The position numbers were made by a program, and so were the translations under genes. Under the pieces are notes generated by a model. The model searched no databases. It had not been told where the DNA came from and saw only the letters and a list, made by a program, of their open reading frames with translations. Below are positions 48,530 through 53,879 of a DNA stretch of 53,879 nt, piece after piece. The DNA lies in assembly GCA_013115125.1 (NCBI GenBank), contig JABANN010000198.1, forward strand, positions 1 through 53,879, written 5' to 3'. This DNA is from Perkinsus olseni (taxonomy: Eukaryota). Each line of letters starts with the position of its first letter. Position 1 is the first letter of the stretch.

Positions 48530-48862
48530 TTAGAAGTATTCAGCAACCCAGTAACCCTCTCCCGTACGGCCTTCACTTGCTCCCACGCCGAGAGCCGTGA
48601 CGCGTATAGGAACTCCAGTACCTACACCGTGGGTCCTGCAGTCTTTCTTTACCTCACTACGCACCTGAGTGCAATTCTCCTTTCCGTAGACGTATGCGTC
48701 TAGTTGCCCTTCCCAGCCCGCTAGCTGTTCATCTACAGAATTGATGAGTGCTCGTGGAGCCCCACAGAGGGCGCTGGGTGTGCTATCGACCACGGAGAGG
48801 ACAGTAAGTCCGATGGTACTCACTAGAAGGTATGGTGGTGAAAGCATTTGCATGACTTTCAA
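48530..48862 (-). CDS. Small hypothetical protein, possibly secreted
   Basis: 110-aa ORF with hydrophobic LLVSTIGLTVLSVV and three Cys. Confidence 0.3.
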   Translation of the reverse strand: MKVMQMLSPPYLLVSTIGLTVLSVVDSTPSALCGAPRALINSVDEQLAGWEGQLDAYVYGKENCTQVRSEVKKDCRTHGVGTGVPIRVTALGVGASEGRTGEGYWVAEYF

Positions 48863-49140
48863 GATTCGGATCGTAACTGAGTTTGCCAGTTACGGCAAGT
48901 CATGAACTATTAGTTGCCAGCAATCGTGCAGCTCGATTGTAGGTCGGTCCCGAGAGCCGAATCGAGTCCGTCTGCTACCCTTGGAATGCCGTGGTTGGCA
49001 ACAAAACTCCAAGTGATTGGCACAACGATTAACATCATCCTGCCCCGCCTTCTAGAGGCGGTAGCATTGCACATAAAAACATGAAGGAAGACAATCGAAG
49101 ATAATAATATGAAGGTGGTCCAGCGGCGGAAGCTCACGGC

Positions 49141-52100
49141 TCATGGGTTTCGTCGGACCTGAACCTCCCCGTGCGATCAGATCGCGACAGTCGTCTTACT
49201 TCGACGGTGAGCTCTTCAGTGTACTCGACGGTCTCTACGACTTCACCACTCTGTTGAACGACGTCCTGGGATTCGGCCTAGGGAGAGCTGGTGCTATGGC
49301 GGGAGCGCCAGCTTGGGTGCTTACTGGTCGAGGACTGACCACTGGCTGCCCGAGGGGAAATGAGCCACTTCGATTCGGATACCGCAGGTTGAAGGACTGG
49401 GAGGAGTAGGTGGAAATTCTCTCTTCCGGCGAACTGCTTGTGGGAATCTGAAGAAAGAAATCCGTCTAAACAGCTCTTACAGGCCGGAAACGCAATCACC
49501 CACCATGCCACTCATATCACTCTCTACTGCCGGTCGTGATGTATAAGTTGCTGCGATGTAACCTACGTGAACAACGCCGCTCCGACTCATATTAAGGGTT
49601 ATCATACCACGGTCTTAATCAAGGGCTGCTCGAGACCTACTTCCAAACCTACCTGATGATTCAGGATCTTCCGCGTTGGCTCGGCCATTCAGGCTGTCAA
49701 CTGAGTCGATGGAATTCCCGAAGATACCAGAGTCCGTCATACCTGCACCACAGTGCCGTGGTAGGAGCTCAGAGTGGAAGGGTGGATGGATGCTGCCGAT
49801 TGAACTTACCAGGATACTCACGATCCGTCTGCCTCACGTCGCCCTCGGTTTCCTCTTCTGCGATAACCTGAGGGAGAGAAACGTCCGATAGGGGAAGAAT
49901 GCCGCTCTAAGTAGAGTAGTTGAGCTTATGAAAGGCTTCATGTCTCACTTCAAGCTCAGTTTTATCGAATCCGGAGCTGTAAGTCTCTGGTATCGCCTTC
50001 CCTTCTCGAGTATCACCCGTGGCCCCTACGCTATTCACGGACATCGTGCTGTCTTCACTCGCTTCGATATTGGGCACTCTGCTGTCACCGATTCGGGAAG
50101 CATAATGTTCTTCCGCAATTTGGTGAACCTATTGAAAGCGGAAAAATGGAGAACCCGGGCATCGATCCCGGTGCCTCTCGCTTGCTAAGCGAGCGCTCTA
50201 CCATTTGAGCTAGTCCCCCACACACTAATTGCAAGTCTAATCGGTTGGACCAGCATGAACTTATGAGACCTACCTCGGCAGTGACGACCATGGGAGCTGC
50301 AGGGGGTTGTTGATGGACACCGTGATGATGCTTGGTCACCATACCCTGCGTAGATTCCCCAGCGGCCAACAGCGACCACTTTCCCTTTGGATTCGATAAC
50401 CTCCCGCCGTCACCATCATCTCCCTCGCCGGGATCTGGCTCTTCCGAGAGCATCTCGAGCATCGGCATCTCGGGGTCAGTGGTCAGGCTTATGGACGATG
50501 AAGAGGCATGTCCCAGAGGCCTCGGTGTCGGGCCACTCCCGGTGCTGACTATATCCTTCCTTGCGGCACTGCTAGCGATGACATGCCACAGGTCAGCAGC
50601 ATTCTGGACCATCGTGACCGAGGGAGACGACCCGTTAGCAGCTCCTGAGACGATCGAGATATTATCCATATCAGAGGTCTGATGTCTACCTTCGCTCGCC
50701 CCAGGGACCATCCACGAAAGTTCACGAAGGGCTTCTGGATTCAAAAATACTATCGCGGCAGCCGGAGGGCCCCCCGGTACGGGATTCCAGCTGCATACCG
50801 GCGAGTCCGCCGTGGCAATGGGTATTTGAGGGACCACTTGAGGTGACTAAGATCGGCAAGACTGGTCAAAGGCATGGTTGTTACGAAGAGGATTCACCTT
50901 GCTTGAGGACCCCTCTGGTGCTGTCTCAGACCCGTTCCCGATAGACTCGGCTCCAGGATAGTTCATTGATTCATCAGTGAACAGTGGCTCTTGTGCAGGA
51001 GAGTCCGGCCGCCGCTTGGCCTCGTGTAGATGATGCATCCTGTTACTGCCATCAGCATCGTTATGATGTCGATGCTTATGCTTAAGGCCCTCCGAGGAAT
51101 AACCAGCCGCTAGACAGTCCCAGCGGGTCAGCTCTTTCGACGGGTTCCCAGGAGACATGTACCTCGCCCTCGTTCGGGGAGGGGAAGCGCGAGAGACAAC
51201 GGGTGGGGGGACCTCGGGAATGTGAGCCTGATAAGAGCATCGAATGATCCCGGCTCTCCGTGTCCGCGGTAGTGAAGCTGGTCAAAGTTCACATCTTGCG
51301 ACCACGGTTCGAGTCCCAGCGAAAGAACGAGCTATGTCCCCGGTGAAGGTCCCCCCAGTATCCCTACTTTGGAGGCACCAATTCTCCACGGCGGCCTTGT
51401 ATCCTGTCGCAAAGAGGGATCGGCGGGTCCGTGGCTCTTCGGCCTAGCTTGGCGCGATGCCGACGGACCCCGCCTCCCTTCAGCTGACCTCACAGCCCGC
51501 GACGGAGTGTAGGACTCGTATGCCTGAGCACAGAGAGGTGTACTGTCGAGGGCCCCGCACGCTCTATCCTATGAGCCCACTCGGCTTCCAGTCTCTTGGG
51601 CGAGGTGCTCTATGTCGGCGTGATAGCTCCGACTTGCCAAGGGCCTCGAAAATCCCTCTCCTCTCGCAGGAGGGAGTACCTAGGCGGCATGCTGTTAGCC
51701 CTCATAGACCATACGGCGGCACCAACGAAGCGAAAACAGGCGGCGTGGCGGGCCAGGAGCCCGACCTCTTCCCTCCTTGTCTGTTGACTCCCTCTGCTGT
51801 ATCCTCGTATGAGCCTCTTTTTCGATGCAGCGGTTTCCTGTCGGCTTCTCGGCAAATCGCCTCCGTCCTTCTGCTCTTCCTCCTTTTTCGCCGATCGCCG
51901 CTGCAGCGAGGATGACACCGAAGTACCTGTGCAACAGTGGGTAATAACCATCCGCCCCGCCGCTGTTTGGAAACCCACTTGCACTCTCCCTGGAGGCATC
52001 CCCACTCCTAGAGCGTTGCCTCTTGGCAATAGAGGCGTTGGAAGAGGTGGAGACCGACCGGGCTCCACCCTGTGAAATCCTAGTGTTGCTATCCCAACCA

Positions 52101-53675
52101 ACACCGCTCATCTCCTCATTAGAGCGTTTAGTGCTGCCTGCTTCGTGTGACGCCACAATCGACGCACCCAATTGCCCGGACTGTGATCGTGGACTGCCCG
52201 CCCCACTGCTAGGTTCTATGCCCTCATCAGATTGCATCTTTGTATTGTCAGCCCGACTCTCCCCAATGATCTCATTGACCGACCTCTGCCTGTCCGACGA
52301 GGATGAAATTGCCTTGCAGCTATCGGCGTTGGTAGGTTGGAGGAGCCTGCCGGACCTCTCGGTGCTGCTGCTATCGTCCCAATCTTCACTGGAGTTCAAA
52401 ATCAACCTCACTATGCTACTCGCCGCCCACTTCTCATCACCCTCTCCCTCATCGGTAACCCTCGACGCCGACTTATCAGTGCCTCGAGGCTCGCTCTGTC
52501 GCCCGCTGCTCTTCGTAACAACTCTGCTGACTACACTCTTGTTACTATCGAGAACTGCACTCTCATGGGCTCCTTCCACGGAGCGGCCGCTGATATCCCA
52601 AGTATTGCTACCATCAGCAGGGTTCGATCTCCCCGAGGGCACTACACTCTTCTCGCTATCGTCCTGAAGGCTCCTACGTGAGGGTTTGGCACTGTCCTCC
52701 TCCTCCTTCATCGTGTCGTCGTAACTAGTCCATTGAAGGCTGGGAGGAAAGGAGTCCTCAGTGGTTTTCCCAGAGACGCTTGCCCCTCCGCTGGACCCCC
52801 AGGCAGACTGCAAACGGCTATTAGTCGGGGCCACACTTGAGGATAGGATAGAGCTTTGCTGTACCGATGACGATGACGACGCCAGAGTTACCTGAGGATT
52901 TATGTGCGGTGCTCGAGGGACTCTGCTGGCTAAGCATCCCGAACAGGAGGAAGCTGTAGTACTCCACGACTGCCCCTATTCGGCCGGCCGAGAGCAAATT
53001 GCGGGCAGTGGTAACACCACCGGCATCCAGGCGAACCGCTCACGACTGCCCTAGGCGATAAGAGTGGGACTAGGTTATTGATTTTGAGCAGCAGCAGCAG
53101 CAGCAGCAGCAGGGAGGGGAGGATGAACTGGGGGGATAGGTAGAAGGCTTACCTGTGATGCCTTGATAGAGTCCATTACCGGTCCACTACTCGACTTAAT
53201 ATAGGATCTACTAGCCTCCACCCCTGGGGCCCGACGCTGAACCAACGCTACTGACTTTTGGGACATGAGAGAGTACCAATACTACCTCTCGCTGGGCCAC
53301 AGAGCCATCCTTGAATGATGAGGATGATGATGCCCACTGACGTGTGCCGGTCTCCACAACATCTACGATTAATCATCATCATGCCAGACTAGCAGCCGAG
53401 TCCCTCACCATGGTCACTGTCGGCATCCCAGGAGTCAGCCACCCCACCAGGCGGGGGTAGGGTGGCAGTCGATGGACCTTTCCCACTGCTGTTCCCCTGT
53501 CACTAATCATACAAAGCAATCCCGTGTCTCGATTTACTACCATAACAATGGTAGCCTTCTTGCCACCGCCTCCCCCGTCCATGAGTTTATTCAGCAGATC
53601 GGCCGCGGACAGCTCCTGTTTACCTCCCGGCCTCTTAACCCTAGCCTTGGACTTGCCGCGGGCTCTCCCCGGCAT
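49141..53675 (-). CDS. Large Ser/Gly/acidic low-complexity multi-exon protein
   Basis: Starts MPGRARGKSK at 53675. Long open exons within 52834-51695 and 50837-50274 and shorter exons join in frame via GT-AG introns. 3' end approximate. Confidence 0.6.
50142..50146 (-). terminator. RNA polymerase III terminator (T5)
   Basis: TTTTT immediately 3' of the tRNA discriminator base. Confidence 0.85.
50147..50219 (-). tRNA. tRNA-Ala: tRNA-Ala(AGC)
   Basis: GGGGGACTAGCTCAAATGGTAGAGCGCTCGCTTAGCAAGCGAGAGGCACCGGGATCGATGCCCGGGTTCTCCA: 73-nt cloverleaf, G3:U70 Ala identity pair, anticodon arm CTCGC-TTAGCAA-GCGAG. Confidence 0.97.
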
Positions 53676-53747
53676 ACTATTACAAGAGGAAGAAGCCACT
53701 ACAACAATAACGACAACAGCGTCCGCGTTTCCAAGACTGCCACTCAT

Positions 53748-53777
53748 CAATTCAAATTCAATTCAATTCAATTCAAA
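53748..53777. repeat. (AATTC)n microsatellite
   Basis: caattcaaattcaattcaattcaattcaaa, upstream of the ATG at 53675. Confidence 0.8.
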
Positions 53778-53879
53778 CTTTATTGCCCGGGCGTTACAAG
53801 CTCAAAGCTTATCGCCCATCACACGGCCCGCGCAAGCGGATCCCGATATGGTTAGACCCAACCATAGAGCCTTAAAACA

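Noticed and set aside
50085-50273. ORF track reading through the tRNA (GGLAQMVERSLSKREAPGSMPGFS)
   Set aside because: Translation of intron and tRNA sequence, not protein.
52023-52667. 214-aa plus-strand ORF, and similar antisense ORFs over NFS1 and the coiled-coil gene
   Set aside because: Antisense shadows of real exons.

Overview
Compact, intron-rich eukaryotic DNA (many ~40-100 nt GT-AG introns, one 100-N scaffold gap). It resembles a Perkinsus-like alveolate, which is my inference from gene style. Recognisable genes: a full-length ABCA transporter (-), mitochondrial cysteine desulfurase NFS1 (+), a miniature Ac45/Voa1-like membrane protein, a PYG-repeat (FAM166-like) protein, a long coiled-coil gene built from repeated 115+95 nt exon pairs, a 3x tandem array of a secreted Cys-containing protein (copy 1 frameshifted), a histidine phosphatase, a TPR protein, a DOT1-like methyltransferase, and a large Ser-rich gene carrying a tRNA-Ala(AGC) in an intron. 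The first 7 kb is a rearranged accessory region with two head-to-tail decayed units bearing RecQ-helicase-like remnants, a captured ABCA fragment and an 18-nt tandem array. The most striking signal is a fixed-geometry 22-bp scar, S[1-7]+revcomp(S)+S[2-8] for an 8-bp site S. It occurs 6 times perfectly and twice with one mismatch, each with a different S, and fits stereotyped repair of hAT-type (8-bp TSD, hairpin-forming) transposon excisions. Gene models were built by eye, so exon boundaries are approximate.
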